Below the pieces are notes generated by a model. The model searched no databases and was not told the origin of the DNA. It saw only the letters and a list, made by a program, of their open reading frames with translations. The translations under genes and the position numbers were made by a program. This document shows positions 25,910 to 40,300 of a DNA stretch of 64,000 nt, in pieces. Within the stretch, counting starts at the first letter, position 1, and each line of letters opens with the position of its first letter. This stretch comes from Auanema rhodensis (Eukaryota; Animalia; Nematoda). The DNA lies in assembly GCA_964057225.1 (NCBI GenBank), contig OZ059896.1, positions 20,708,001-20,772,000 on the forward strand, in the 5' to 3' direction.

Positions 25910-28900
25910 CAGTTGATATCTCGGTGCATTTTTAAGCTAGCGCAAATCTGATAACACAGATCGACGCAGCTTAAAAATCCACATCGAATGCACTATACTA
26001 CATTGAGAAACGCTTGATACAAAAATTAGTTATGATCGTTTGAAAAATGATGCATTAGTGTATGTTGAGTTTCCATGTACACTCAACATTGCTTCCAAAA
26101 ACAATTTGACAAAAATTTTTTCGAAAAATTTCAAAATAATTTAGCAAAAAGTAGATGTTTTTAGATTCCTTTTTTCAAGGCAAAGACGATGGACAATGTT
26201 ATTCAACGAAAAAATTAATTCTTCAGGGTGAAAATCGAGGATATAAGTGTGAACTTATATCAGTTGATATCTCGGTGCATTTTTAAGCTAGCGCAAATCT
26301 GATAACACAGATCGACGCAGCTTAAAAATCCGCATCGAATGCACTATACTACATTGAGAAACGCTTAATACAAAAATTAGTTATGATCGTTTGAAAAATG
26401 ATGCATTAGTGTATGTTGAGTTTCCATGTACACTCAACATTGCTTCCAAAAACATTTTGACAAAAATTTTTTCGAAAAATTTCAAAATAATTTAGCAAAA
26501 AGTAGATGTTTTTAGATTCCATTTTTCAAGGCAAAGACGATAGACAATGTTATTCAACGAAAAAATTAATTCTTCAGGGTGAAAATCGAGGATATAAGTG
26601 TGAACTTATATCAGTTGATATCTCGGTGCATTTTCAAGCTAGCGCAAATCTGATAACACAGATCGACGCAGCTTAAAAATCCGCATCGAATGCACTATAC
26701 TACATTGAGAAACGCTTAATACAAAAATTAGTTATGATCGTTTGAAAAATGATGCATTAGTGTATGTTGAGTTTCCATGTACACTCAACATTGCTTCCAA
26801 AAACATTTTGACAAAAATTTTTTCGAAAAATTTCAAAATAATTTAGCAAAAAGTAGATGTTTTTAGATTCCATTTTTCAAGGCAAAGACGATAGACAATG
26901 TTATTCAACGAAAAAATTAATTCTTCAGGGTGAAAATCGAGGATATAAGTGTGAACTTATATCAGTTGATATCTCGGTGCATTTTTAAGCTAGCGCAAAT
27001 CTGATAACACAGATCGACGCAGCTTAAAAATCCACATCGAATGCACTATACTACATTGAGAAACGCTTGATCCAAAAATTAGTTATGATCGTTTGAAAAA
27101 TGATGCATTAGTGTATGTTGAGTTTCCATGTACATTCAACATTGCTTCCAAAAACATTTTGACAAAAATTTTTTCGAAAAATTTCAAAATAATTTAGCAA
27201 AAAGTAGATGTTTTTAGATTCCTTTTTTCAAGGCAAAGACGATGGACAATGTTATTCAACGAAAAAATTAATTCTTCAGGGTGAAAATCGAGGATATAAG
27301 TGTGAACTTATATCAGTTGATATCTCGGTGCATTTTTAAGCTAGCGCAAATCTGATAACACAGATCGGCGCAGCTTAAAATCCGCATCGAATGCACTATA
27401 CTACATTGAGAAACGCTTGATACAAAAATTAGTTATGATCGTTTGAAAAATGATGCATTAGTGTATGTTGAGTTTCCATGTACACTCAACATTGCTTCCA
27501 AAAACATTTTGACAAAAATTTTTTCGAAAAATTTCAAAATAATTTAGCAAAAAGTAGATGTTTTTAGATTCCATTTTTCAAGGCAAAGACGATAGACAAT
27601 GTTATTCAACGAAAAAATTAATTCTTCAGGGTGAAAATCGAGGATATAAGTGTGAACTCATATCAGTTGATATCTCGGTGCATTTTTAAGCTAGCGCAAA
27701 TCTGATAACACAGATCGACGCAGCTTAAAAATCCGCATCGAATGCACTATACTACATTGAGAAACGCTTAATACAAAAATTAGTTATGATCGTTTGAAAA
27801 ATGATGCATTAGTGTATGTTGAGTTTCCATGTACACTCAACATTGCTTCCAAAAACATTTTGACAAAAATTTTTTCGAAAAATTTCAAAATAATTTAGCA
27901 AAAAGTAGATGTTTTTAGATTCCATTTTTCAAGGCAAAGACGATAGACAATGTTATTCAACGAAAAAATTAATTCTTCAGGGTGAAAATCGAGGATATAA
28001 GTGTGAACTTCTATCAGTTGATATCTCGGTGCATTTTTAAGCTAGCGCAAATCTGATAACACAGATCGACGCAGCTTAAAAATCCACATCGAATGCACTA
28101 TACTACATTGAGAAACGCTTGATACAAAAATTAGTTATGATCGTTTGAAAAATGATGCATTAGTGTATGTTGAGTTTCCATGTACACTCAACATTGCTTC
28201 CAAAAACAATTTGACAAAAATTTTTTCGAAAAATTTCAAAATAATTTAGCAAAAAGTAGATGTTTTTAGATTCCTTTTTTCAAGGCAAAGACGATGGACA
28301 ATGTTATTCAACGAAAAAATTAATTCTTCAGGGTGAAAATCGAGGATATAAGTGTGAACTTATATCAGTTGATATCTCGGTGCATTTTTAAGCTAGCGCA
28401 AATCTGATAACACAGATCGACGCAGCTTAAAAATCCGCATCGAATGCACTATACTACATTGAGAAACGCTTAATACAAAAATTAGTTATGATCGTTTGAA
28501 AAATGATGCATTAGTGTATGTTGAGTTTCCATGTACACTCAACATTGCTTCCAAAAACATTTTGACAAAAATTTTTTCGAAAAATTTCAAAATAATTTAG
28601 CAAAAAGTAGATGTTTTTAGATTCCATTTTTCAAGGCAAAGACGATAGACAATGTTATTCAACGAAAAAATTAATTCTTCAGGGTGAAAATCGAGGATAT
28701 AAGTGTGAACTTATATCAGTTGATATCTCGGTGCATTTTCAAGCTAGCGCAAATCTGATAACACAGATCGACGCAGCTTAAAAATCCGCATCGAATGCAC
28801 TATACTACATTGAGAAACGCTTAATACAAAAATTAGTTATGATCGTTTGAAAAATGATGCATTAGTGTATGTTGAGTTTCCATGTACACTCAACATTGCT

Positions 28901-31280
28901 TCCAAAAACATTTTGACAAAAATTTTTTCGAAAAATTTCAAAATAATTTAGCAAAAAGTAGATGTTTTTAGATTCCATTTTTCAAGGCAAAGACGATAGA
29001 CAATGTTATTCAACGAAAAAATTAATTCTTCAGGGTGAAAATCGAGGATATAAGTGTGAACTTATATCAGTTGATATCTCGGTGCATTTTTAAGCTAGCG
29101 CAAATCTGATAACACAGATCGACGCAGCTTAAAAATCCACATCGAATGCACTATACTACATTGAGAAACGCTTGATCCAAAAATTAGTTATGATCGTTTG
29201 AAAAATGATGCATTAGTGTATGTTGAGTTTCCATGTACATTCAACATTGCTTCCAAAAACATTTTGACAAAAATTTTTTCGAAAAATTTCAAAATAATTT
29301 AGCAAAAAGTAGATGTTTTTAGATTCCTTTTTTCAAGGCAAAGACGATGGACAATGTTATTCAACGAAAAAATTAATTCTTCAGGGTGAAAATCGAGGAT
29401 ATAAGTGTGAACTTATATCAGTTGATATCTCGGTGCATTTTTAAGCTAGCGCAAATCTGATAACACAGATCGGCGCAGCTTAAAATCCGCATCGAATGCA
29501 CTATACTACATTGAGAAACGCTTGATACAAAAATTAGTTATGATCGTTTGAAAAATGATGCATTAGTGTATGTTGAGTTTCCATGTACACTCAACATTGC
29601 TTCCAAAAACATTTTGACAAAAATTTTTTCGAAAAATTTCAAAATAATTTAGCAAAAAGTAGATGTTTTTAGATTCCATTTTTCAAGGCAAAGACGATAG
29701 ACAATGTTATTCAACGAAAAAATTAATTCTTCAGGGTGAAAATCGAGGATATAAGTGTGAACTCATATCAGTTGATATCTCGGTGCATTTTTAAGCTAGC
29801 GCAAATCTGATAACACAGATCGACGCAGCTTAAAAATCCGCATCGAATGCACTATACTACATTGAGAAACGCTTAATACAAAAATTAGTTATGATCGTTT
29901 GAAAAATGATGCATTAGTGTATGTTGAGTTTCCATGTACACTCAACATTGCTTCCAAAAACATTTTGACAAAAATTTTTTCGAAAAATTTCAAAATAATT
30001 TAGCAAAAAGTAGATGTTTTTAGATTCCATTTTTCAAGGCAAAGACGATAGACAATGTTATTCAACGAAAAAATTAATTCTTCAGGGTGAAAATCGAGGA
30101 TATAAGTGTGAACTTCTATCAGTTGATATCTCGGTGCATTTTTAAGCTAGCGCAAATCTGATAACACAGATCGACGCAGCTTAAAAATCCACATCGAATG
30201 CACTATACTACATTGAGAAACGCTTGATACAAAAATTAGTTATGATCGTTTGAAAAATGATGCATTAGTGTATGTTGAGTTTCCATGTACACTCAACATT
30301 GCTTCCAAAAACAATTTGACAAAAATTTTTTCGAAAAATTTCAAAATAATTTAGCAAAAAGTAGATGTTTTTAGATTCCTTTTTTCAAGGCAAAGACGAT
30401 GGACAATGTTATTCAACGAAAAAATTAATTCTTCAGGGTGAAAATCGAGGATATAAGTGTGAACTTATATCAGTTGATATCTCGGTGCATTTTTAAGCTA
30501 GCGCAAATCTGATAACACAGATCGACGCAGCTTAAAAATCCGCATCGAATGCACTATACTACATTGAGAAACGCTTAATACAAAAATTAGTTATGATCGT
30601 TTGAAAAATGATGCATTAGTGTATGTTGAGTTTCCATGTACACTCAACATTGCTTCCAAAAACATTTTGACAAAAATTTTTTCGAAAAATTTCAAAATAA
30701 TTTAGCAAAAAGTAGATGTTTTTAGATTCCATTTTTCAAGGCAAAGACGATAGACAATGTTATTCAACGAAAAAATTAATTCTTCAGGGTGAAAATCGAG
30801 GATATAAGTGTGAACTTATATCAGTTGATATCTCGGTGCATTTTCAAGCTAGCGCAAATCTGATAACACAGATCGACGCAGCTTAAAAATCCGCATCGAA
30901 TGCACTATACTACATTGAGAAACGCTTAATACAAAAATTAGTTATGATCGTTTGAAAAATGATGCATTAGTGTATGTTGAGTTTCCATGTACACTCAACA
31001 TTGCTTCCAAAAACATTTTGACAAAAATTTTTTCGAAAAATTTCAAAATAATTTAGCAAAAAGTAGATGTTTTTAGATTCCATTTTTCAAGGCAAAGACG
31101 ATAGACAATGTTATTCAACGAAAAAATTAATTCTTCAGGGTGAAAATCGAGGATATAAGTGTGAACTTATATCAGTTGATATCTCGGTGCATTTTTAAGC
31201 TAGCGCAAATCTGATAACACAGATCGACGCAGCTTAAAAATCCACATCGAATGCACTATACTACATTGAGAAACGCTTGA
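25910..31280. repeat. 6-monomer higher-order repeat (2105 bp), about 2.5 copies
   Basis: GATCCAAA (C at 27072/29177), TACATTCAAC, ACTTCTATC (C at 28011/30116) and ACAATTTG (26101/28206/30311) recur at +2105. Boundaries inferred from where the markers fail (25906, 31282). Confidence 0.88.
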
Positions 31281-34200
31281 TACAAAAATTAGTTATGATC
31301 GTTTGAAAAATGATGCATTAGTGTATGTTGAGTTTCCATGTACACTCAACATTGCTTCCAAAAACATTTTGACAAAAATTTTTTCGAAAAATTTCAAAAT
31401 AATTTAGCAAAAAGTAGATGTTTTTAGATTCCATTTTTCAAGGCAAAGACGATAGACAATGTTATTCAACGAAAAAATTAATTCTTCAGGGTGAAAATCG
31501 AGGATATAAGTGTGAACTTATATCAGTTGATATCTCGGTGCATTTTTAAGCTAGCGCAAATCTGATAACACAGATCGACGCAGCTTAAAAATCCACATCG
31601 AATGCACTATACTACATTGAGAAACGCTTGATACAAAAATTAGTTATGATCGTTTGAAAAATGATGCATTAGTGTATGTTGAGTTTCCATGTACACTCAA
31701 CATTGCTTCCAAAAACATTTTGACAAAAATTTTTTCGAAAAATTTCAAAATAATTTAGCAAAAAGTAGATGTTTTTAGATTCCTTTTTTCAAGGCAAAGA
31801 CGATGGACAATGTTATTCAACGAAAAAATTAATTCTTCAGGGTGAAAATCGAGGATATAAGTGTGAACTTATATCAGTTGATATCTCGGTGCATTTTTAA
31901 GCTAGCGCAAATCTGATAACACAGATCGGCGCAGCTTAAAATCCGCATCGAATGCACTATACTACATTGAGAAACGCTTGATACAAAAATTAGTTATGAT
32001 CGTTTGAAAAATGATGCATTAGTGTATGTTGAGTTTCCATGTACACTCAACATTGCTTCCAAAAACATTTTGACAAAAATTTTTTCGAAAAATTTCAAAA
32101 TAATTTAGCAAAAAGTAGATGTTTTTAGATTCCATTTTTCAAGGCAAAGACGATAGACAATGTTATTCAACGAAAAAATTAATTCTTCAGGGTGAAAATC
32201 GAGGATATAAGTGTGAACTTATATCAGTTGATATCTCGGTGCATTTTCAAGCTAGCGCAAATCTGATAACACAGATCGACGCAGCTTAAAAATCCGCATC
32301 GAATGCACTATACTACATTGAGAAACGCTTAATACAAAAATTAGTTATGATCGTTTGAAAAATGATGCATTAGTGTATGTTGAGTTTCCATGTACACTCA
32401 ACATTGCTTCCAAAAACATTTTGACAAAAATTTTTTCGAAAAATTTCAAAATAATTTAGCAAAAAGTAGACGTTTTTAGATTCCATTTTTCAAGGCAAAG
32501 ACGATAGACAATGTTATTCAACGAAAAAATTAATTCTTCAGGGTGAAAATCGAGGATATAAGTGTGAACTTATATCAGTTGATATCTCGGTGCATTTTTA
32601 AGCTAGCGCAAATCTGATAACACAGATCGACGCAGCTTAAAAATCCACATCGAATGCACTATACTACATTGAGAAACGCTTGATACAAAAATTAGTTATG
32701 ATCGTTTGAAAAATGATGCATTAGTGTATGTTGAGTTTCCATGTACACTCAACATTGCTTCCAAAAACATTTTGACAAAAATTTTTTCGAAAAATTTCAA
32801 AATAATTTAGCAAAAAGTAGATGTTTTTAGATTCCTTTTTTCAAGGCAAAGACGATGGACAATGTTATTCAACGAAAAAATTAATTCTTCAGGGTGAAAA
32901 TCGAGGATATAAGTGTGAACTTATATCAGTTGATATCTCGGTGCATTTTTAAGCTAGCGCAAATCTGATAACACAGATCGGCGCAGCTTAAAATCCGCAT
33001 CGAATGCACTATACTACATTGAGAAACGCTTGATACAAAAATTAGTTATGATCGTTTGAAAAATGATGCATTAGTGTATGTTGAGTTTCCATGTACACTC
33101 AACATTGCTTCCAAAAACATTTTGACAAAAATTTTTTCGAAAAATTTCAAAATAATTTAGCAAAAAGTAGATGTTTTTAGATTCCTTTTTTTAAGGCAAA
33201 AACGATGGACAATGTTATTCAACGAAAAAATTAATTCTTCAGGGTGAAAATCGAGGATATAAGTGTGAACTTATATCAGTTGATATCTCGGTGCATTTTT
33301 AAGCTAGCGCAAATCTGATAACACAGATCGACGCAGCTTAAAAATCCGCATCGAATGCACTATACTACATTGAGAAACGCTTAATACAAAAATTAGTTAT
33401 GATCGTTTGAAAAATGATGCATTAGTGTATGTTGAGTTTCCATGTACACTCAACATTGCTTCCAAAAACATTTTGACAAAAATTTTTTCGAAAAATTTCA
33501 AAATAATTTAGCAAAAAGTAGATGTTTTTAGATTCCATTTTTCAAGGCAAAGACGATAGACAATGTTATTCAACGAAAAAATTAATTCTTCAGGGTGAAA
33601 ATCGAGGATATAAGTGTGAACTTATATCAGTTGATATCTCGGTGCATTTTCAAGCTAGCGCAAATCTGATAACACAGATCGACGCAGCTTAAAAATCCGC
33701 ATCGAATGCACTATACTACATTGAGAAACGCTTAATACAAAAATTAGTTATGATCGTTTGAAAAATGATGCATTAGTGTATGTTGAGTTTCCATGTACAC
33801 TCAACATTGCTTCCAAAAACATTTTGACAAAAATTTTTTCGAAAAATTTCAAAATAATTTAGCAAAAAGTAGATGTTTTTAGATTCCTTTTTTTAAGGCA
33901 AAAACGATGGACAATGTTATTCAACGAAAAAATTAATTCTTCAGGGTGAAAATCGAGGATATAAGTGTGAACTTATATCAGTTGATATCTCGGTGCATTT
34001 TTAAGCTAGCGCAAATCTGATAACACAGATCGACGCAGCTTAAAAATCTGCATCGAATGTACTATACTACATTGAGAAACGCTTGATACAAAAATTAGTT
34101 ATGATCGTTTGAAAAATGATGCATTAGTGTATGTTGAGTTTCCATGTACACTCAACATTGCTTCCAAAAACATTTTGACAAAAATTTTTTCGAAAAATTT

Positions 34201-37199
34201 CAAAATAATTTAGCAAAAAGTAGATGTTTTTAGATTCCTTTTTTCAAGGCAAAGACGATGGACAATGTTATTCAACGAAAAAATTAATTCTTCAGGGTGA
34301 AAATCGAGGATATAAGTGTGAACTTATATCAGTTGATATCTCGGTGCATTTTTAAGCTAGCGCAAATCTGATAACACAGATCGGCGCAGCTTAAAATCCG
34401 CATCGAATGCACTATACTACATTGAGAAACGCTTGATACAAAATTTAGTTATGATCGTTTGAAAAATGATGCATTAGTGTATGTTGAGTTTCCATGTACA
34501 CTCAACATTGCTTCCAAAAACATTTTGACAAAAATTTTTTCGAAAAATTTCAAAATAATTTAGCAAAAAGTAGATGTTTTTAGATTCCATTTTTCAAGGC
34601 AAAGACGATAGACAATGTTATTCAACGAAAAAATTAATTCTTCAGGGTGAAAATCGAGGATATAAGTGTGAACTTATATCAGTTGATATCTCGGTGCATT
34701 TTTAAGCTAGCGCAAATCTGATAACACAGATCGACGCAGCTTAAAAATCCACATCGAATGCACTATACTACATTGAGAAACGCTTGATACAAAAATTAGT
34801 TATGATCGTTTGAAAAATGATGCATTAGTGTATGTTGAGTTTCCATGTACACTCAACATTGCTTCCAAAAACATTTTGACAAAAATTTTTTCGAAAAATT
34901 TCAAAATAATTTAGCAAAAAGTAGATGTTTTTAGATTCCATTTTTCAAGGCAAAGACGATAGACAATGTTATTCAACGAAAAAATTAATTCTTCAGGGTG
35001 AAAATCGAGGATATAAGTGTGAACTTATATCAGTTGATATCTCGGTGCATTTTTAAGCTAGCGCAAATCTGATAACACAGATCGACGCAGCTTAAAAATC
35101 CACATCGAATGCACTATACTACATTGAGAAACGCTTGATACAAAAATTAGTTATGATCGTTTGAAAAATGATGCATTAGTGTATGTTGAGTTTCCATGTA
35201 CACTCAACATTGCTTCCAAAAACATTTTGACAAAAATTTTTTCGAAAAATTTCAAAATAATTTAGCAAAAAGTAGATGTTTTTAGATTCCATTTTTCAAG
35301 GCAAAGACGATAGACAATGTTATTCAACGAAAAAATTAATTCTTCAGGGTGAAAATCGAGGATATAAGTGTGAACTTATATCAGTTGATATCTCGGTGCA
35401 TTTTTAAGCTAGCGCAAATCTGATAACACAGATCGACGCAGCTTAAAAATCCGCATCGAATGCACTATACTACATTGAGAAACGCTTGATACAAAAATTA
35501 GTTATGATCGTTTGAAAAATGATGCATTAGTGTATGTTGAGTTTCCATGTACACTCAACATTGCTTCCAAAAACATTTTGACAAAAATTTTTTCGAAAAA
35601 TTTCAAAATAATTTAGCAAAAAGTAAATGTTTTTAGATTCCATTTTTCAAGGCAAAGACGATAGACAATGTTATTCAACGAAAAAATTAATTCTTCAGGG
35701 TGAAAATCGAGGATATAAGTGTGAACTTATATCAGTTGATATCTCGGTGCATTTTCAAGCTAGCGCAAATCTGATAACACAGATCGACGCAGCTTAAAAA
35801 TCCGCATCGAATGCACTATACTACATTGAGAAACGCTTAATACAAAAATTAGTTATGATCGTTTGAAAAATGATGCATTAGTGTATGTTGAGTTTCCATG
35901 TACACTCAACATTGCTTCCAAAAACATTTTGACAAAAATTTTTTCGAAAAATTTCAAAATAATTTAGCAAAAAGTAGATGTTTTTAGATTCCTTTTTTTA
36001 AGGCAAAAACGATGGACAATGTTATTCAACGAAAAAATTAATTCTTCAGGGTAAAAATCGAGGATATAAGTGTGAACTTATATCAGTTGATATCTCGGTG
36101 CATTTTTAAGCTAGCGCAAATCTGATAACACAGATCGACGCAGCTTAAAAATCTGCATCGAATGTACTATACTACATTGAGAAACGCTTGATACAAAAAT
36201 TAGTTATGATCGTTTGAAAAATGATGCATTAGTGTATGTTGAGTTTCCATGTACACTCAACATTGCTTCCAAAAACATTTTGACAAAAATTTTTTCGAAA
36301 AATTTCAAAATAATTTAGCAAAAAGTAGATGTTTTTAGATTCCTTTTTTCAAGGCAAAGACGATGGACAATGTTATTCAACGAAAAAATTAATTCTTCAG
36401 GGTGAAAATCGAGGATATAAGTGTGAACTTATATCAGTTGATATCTCGGTGCATTTTTAAGCTAGCGCAAATCTGATAACACAGATCGGCGCAGCTTAAA
36501 ATCCGCATCGAATGCACTATACTACATTGAGAAACGCTTGATACAAAAATTAGTTATGATCGTTTGAAAAATGATGCATTAGTGTATGTTGAGTTTCCAT
36601 GTACACTCAACATTGCTTCCAAAAACATTTTGACAAAAATTTTTTCGAAAAATTTCAAAATAATTTAGCAAAAAGTAGATGTTTTTAGATTCCATTTTTC
36701 AAGGCAAAGACGATAGACAATGTTATTCAACGAAAAAATTAATTCTTCAGGGTGAAAATCGAGGATATAAGTGTGAACTTATATCAGTTGATATCTCGGT
36801 GCATTTTTAAGCTAGCGCAAATCTGATAACACAGATCGACGCAGCTTAAAAATCTGCATCGAATGCACTATACTACATCAAGAAACGCTTGATACAAAAA
36901 TTAGTTATGATCGTTTGAAAAATGATGCATTAGTGTATGTTGAGTTTCCATGTACACTCAACATTGCTTCCAAAAACATTTTGACAAAAATTTTTTCGAA
37001 AAATTTCAAAATAATTTAGCAAAAAGTAGATGTTTTTAGATTCCATTTTTCAAGGCAAAGACGATAGACAATGTTATTCAACGAAAAAATTAATTCTTCA
37101 GGGTGAAAATCGAGGATATAAGTGTGAACTTATATCAGTTGATATCTCGGTGCATTTTTAAGCTAGCGCAAATCTGATAACACAGATCGACGCAGCTTA

Positions 37200-40100
37200 A
37201 AAATCCACATCGAATGCACTATACTACATTGAGAAACGCTTGATACAAAAATTAGTTATGATCGTTTGAAAAATGATGCATTAGTGTATGTTGAGTTTCC
37301 ATGTACACTCAACATTGCTTCCAAAAACATTTTGACAAAAATTTTTTCGAAAAATTTCAAAATAATTTAGCAAAAAGTAGATGTTTTTAGATTCCATTTT
37401 TCAAGGCAAAGACGATAGACAATGTTATTCAACGAAAAAATTAATTCTTCAGGGTGAAAATCGAGGATATAAGTGTGAACTTATATCAGTTGATATCTCG
37501 GTGCATTTTTAAGCTAGCGCAAATCTGATAACACAGATCGACGCAGCTTAAAAATCTGCATCGAATGCACTATACTACATCAAGAAACGCTTGATACAAA
37601 AATTAGTTATGATCGTTTGAAAAATGATGCATTAGTGTATGTTGAGTTTCCATGTACACTCAACATTGCTTCCAAAAACATTTTGACAAAAATTTTTTCG
37701 AAAAATTTCAAAATAATTTAGCAAAAAGTAGATGTTTTTAGATTCCATTTTTCAAGGCAAAGACGATAGACAATGTTATTCAACGAAAAAATTAATTCTT
37801 CAGGGTGAAAATCGAGGATATATGTGTGAACTTATATCAGTTGATATCTCGGTGCATTTTTAAGCTAGCGCAAATCTGATAACACAGATCGACGCAGCTT
37901 AAAAATCCACATCGAATGCACTATACTACATTGAGAAACGCTTGATACAAAAATTAGTTATGATCGTTTGAAAAATGATGCATTAGTGTATGTTGAGTTT
38001 CCATGTACACTCAACATTGCTTCCAAAAACATTTTGACAAAAATTTTTTCGAAAAATTTCAAAATAATTTAGCAAAAAGTAGATGTTTTTAGATTCCATT
38101 TTTCAAGGCAAAGACGATAGACAATGTTATTCAACGAAAAAATTAATTCTTCAGGGTGAAAATCGAGGATATAAGTGTGAACTTATATCAGTTGATATCT
38201 CGGTGCATTTTTAAGCTAGCGCAAATCTGATAACACAGATCGACGCAGCTTAAAAATCCGCATCGAATGCACTATACTACATTGAGAAACGCTTGATACA
38301 AAAATTAGTTATGATCGTTTGAAAAATGATGCATTAGTGTATGTTGAGTTTCCATGTACACTCAACATTGCTTCCAAAAACATTTTGACAAAAATTTTTT
38401 CGAAAAATTTCAAAATAATTTAGCAAAAAGTAAATGTTTTTAGATTCCATTTTTCAAGGCAAAGACGATAGACAATGTTATTCAACGAAAAAATTAATTC
38501 TTCAGGGTGAAAATCGAGGATATAAGTGTGAACTTATATCAGTTGATATCTCGGTGCATTTTTAAGCTAGCGCAAATCTGATAACACAGATCGGCGCAGC
38601 TTAAAATCCGCATCGAATGCACTATACTACATTGAGAAACGCTTGATACAAAAATTAGTTATGATCGTTTGAAAAATGATGCATTAGTGTATGTTGAGTT
38701 TCCATGTACACTCAACATTGCTTCCAAAAACATTTTGACAAAAATTTTTTCGAAAAATTTCAAAATAATTTAGCAAAAAGTAGATGTTTTTAGATTCCAT
38801 TTTTCAAGGCAAAGACGATAGACAATGTTATTCAACGAAAAAATTAATTCTTCAGGGTGAAAATCGAGGATATAAGTGTGAACTTATATCAGTTGATATC
38901 TCGGTGCATTTTTAAGCTAGCGCAAATCTGATAACACAGATCGGCGCAGCTTAAAATCCGCATCGAATGCACTATACTACATTGAGAAACGCTTGATACA
39001 AAAATTAGTTATGATCGTTTGAAAAATGATGCATTAGTGTATGTTGAGTTTCCATGTACACTCAACATTGCTTCCAAAAACATTTTGACAAAAATTTTTT
39101 CGAAAAATTTCAAAATAATTTAGCAAAAAGTAGATGTTTTTAGATTCCATTTTTCAAGGCAAAGACGATAGACAATGTTATTCAACGAAAAAATTAATTC
39201 TTCAGGGTGAAAATCGAGGATATAAGTGTGAACTTATATCAGTTGATATCTCGGTGCATTTTTAAGCTAGCGCAAATCTGATAACACAGATCGACGCAGC
39301 TTAAAAATCTGCATCGAATGCACTATACTACATCAAGAAACGCTTGATACAAAAATTAGTTATGATCGTTTGAAAAATGATGCATTAGTGTATGTTGAGT
39401 TTCCATGTACACTCAACATTGCTTCCAAAAACATTTTGACAAAAATTTTTTCGAAAAATTTCAAAATAATTTAGCAAAAAGTAGATGTTTTTAGATTCCA
39501 TTTTTCAAGGCAAAGACGATAGACAATGTTATTCAACGAAAAAATTAATTCTTCAGGGTGAAAATCGAGGATATATGTGTGAACTTATATCAGTTGATAT
39601 CTCGGTGCATTTTTAAGCTAGCGCAAATCTGATAACACAGATCGACGCAGCTTAAAAATCCACATCGAATGCACTATACTACATTGAGAAACGCTTGATA
39701 CAAAAATTAGTTATGATCGTTTGAAAAATGATGCATTAGTGTATGTTGAGTTTCCATGTACACTCAACATTGCTTCCAAAAACATTTTGACAAAAATTTT
39801 TTCGAAAAATTTCAAAATAATTTAGCAAAAAGTAGATGTTTTTAGATTCCATTTTTCAAGGCAAAGACGATAGACAATGTTATTCAACGAAAAAATTAAT
39901 TCTTCAGGGTGAAAATCGAGGATATAAGTGTGAACTTATATCAGTTGATATCTCGGTGCATTTTTAAGCTAGCGCAAATCTGATAACACAGATCGACGCA
40001 GCTTAAAAATCCGCATCGAATGCACTATACTACATTGAGAAACGCTTGATACAAAAATTAGTTATGATCGTTTGAAAAATGATGCATTAGTGTATGTTGA

Positions 40101-40300
40101 GTTTCCATGTACACTCAACATTGCTTCCAAAAACATTTTGACAAAAATTTTTTCGAAAAATTTCAAAATAATTTAGCAAAAAGTAAATGTTTTTAGATTC
40201 CATTTTTCAAGGCAAAGACGATAGACAATGTTATTCAACGAAAAAATTAATTCTTCAGGGTGAAAATCGAGGATATAAGTGTGAACTTATATCAGTTGAT
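37200..40300. repeat. 5-monomer duplication (1753 bp)
   Basis: TATATGTG (T at 37823/39576) and AAGTAAATG (A at 38433/40186) both recur at +1753 = 3x351 + 2x350. Boundaries approximate. Confidence 0.75.
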
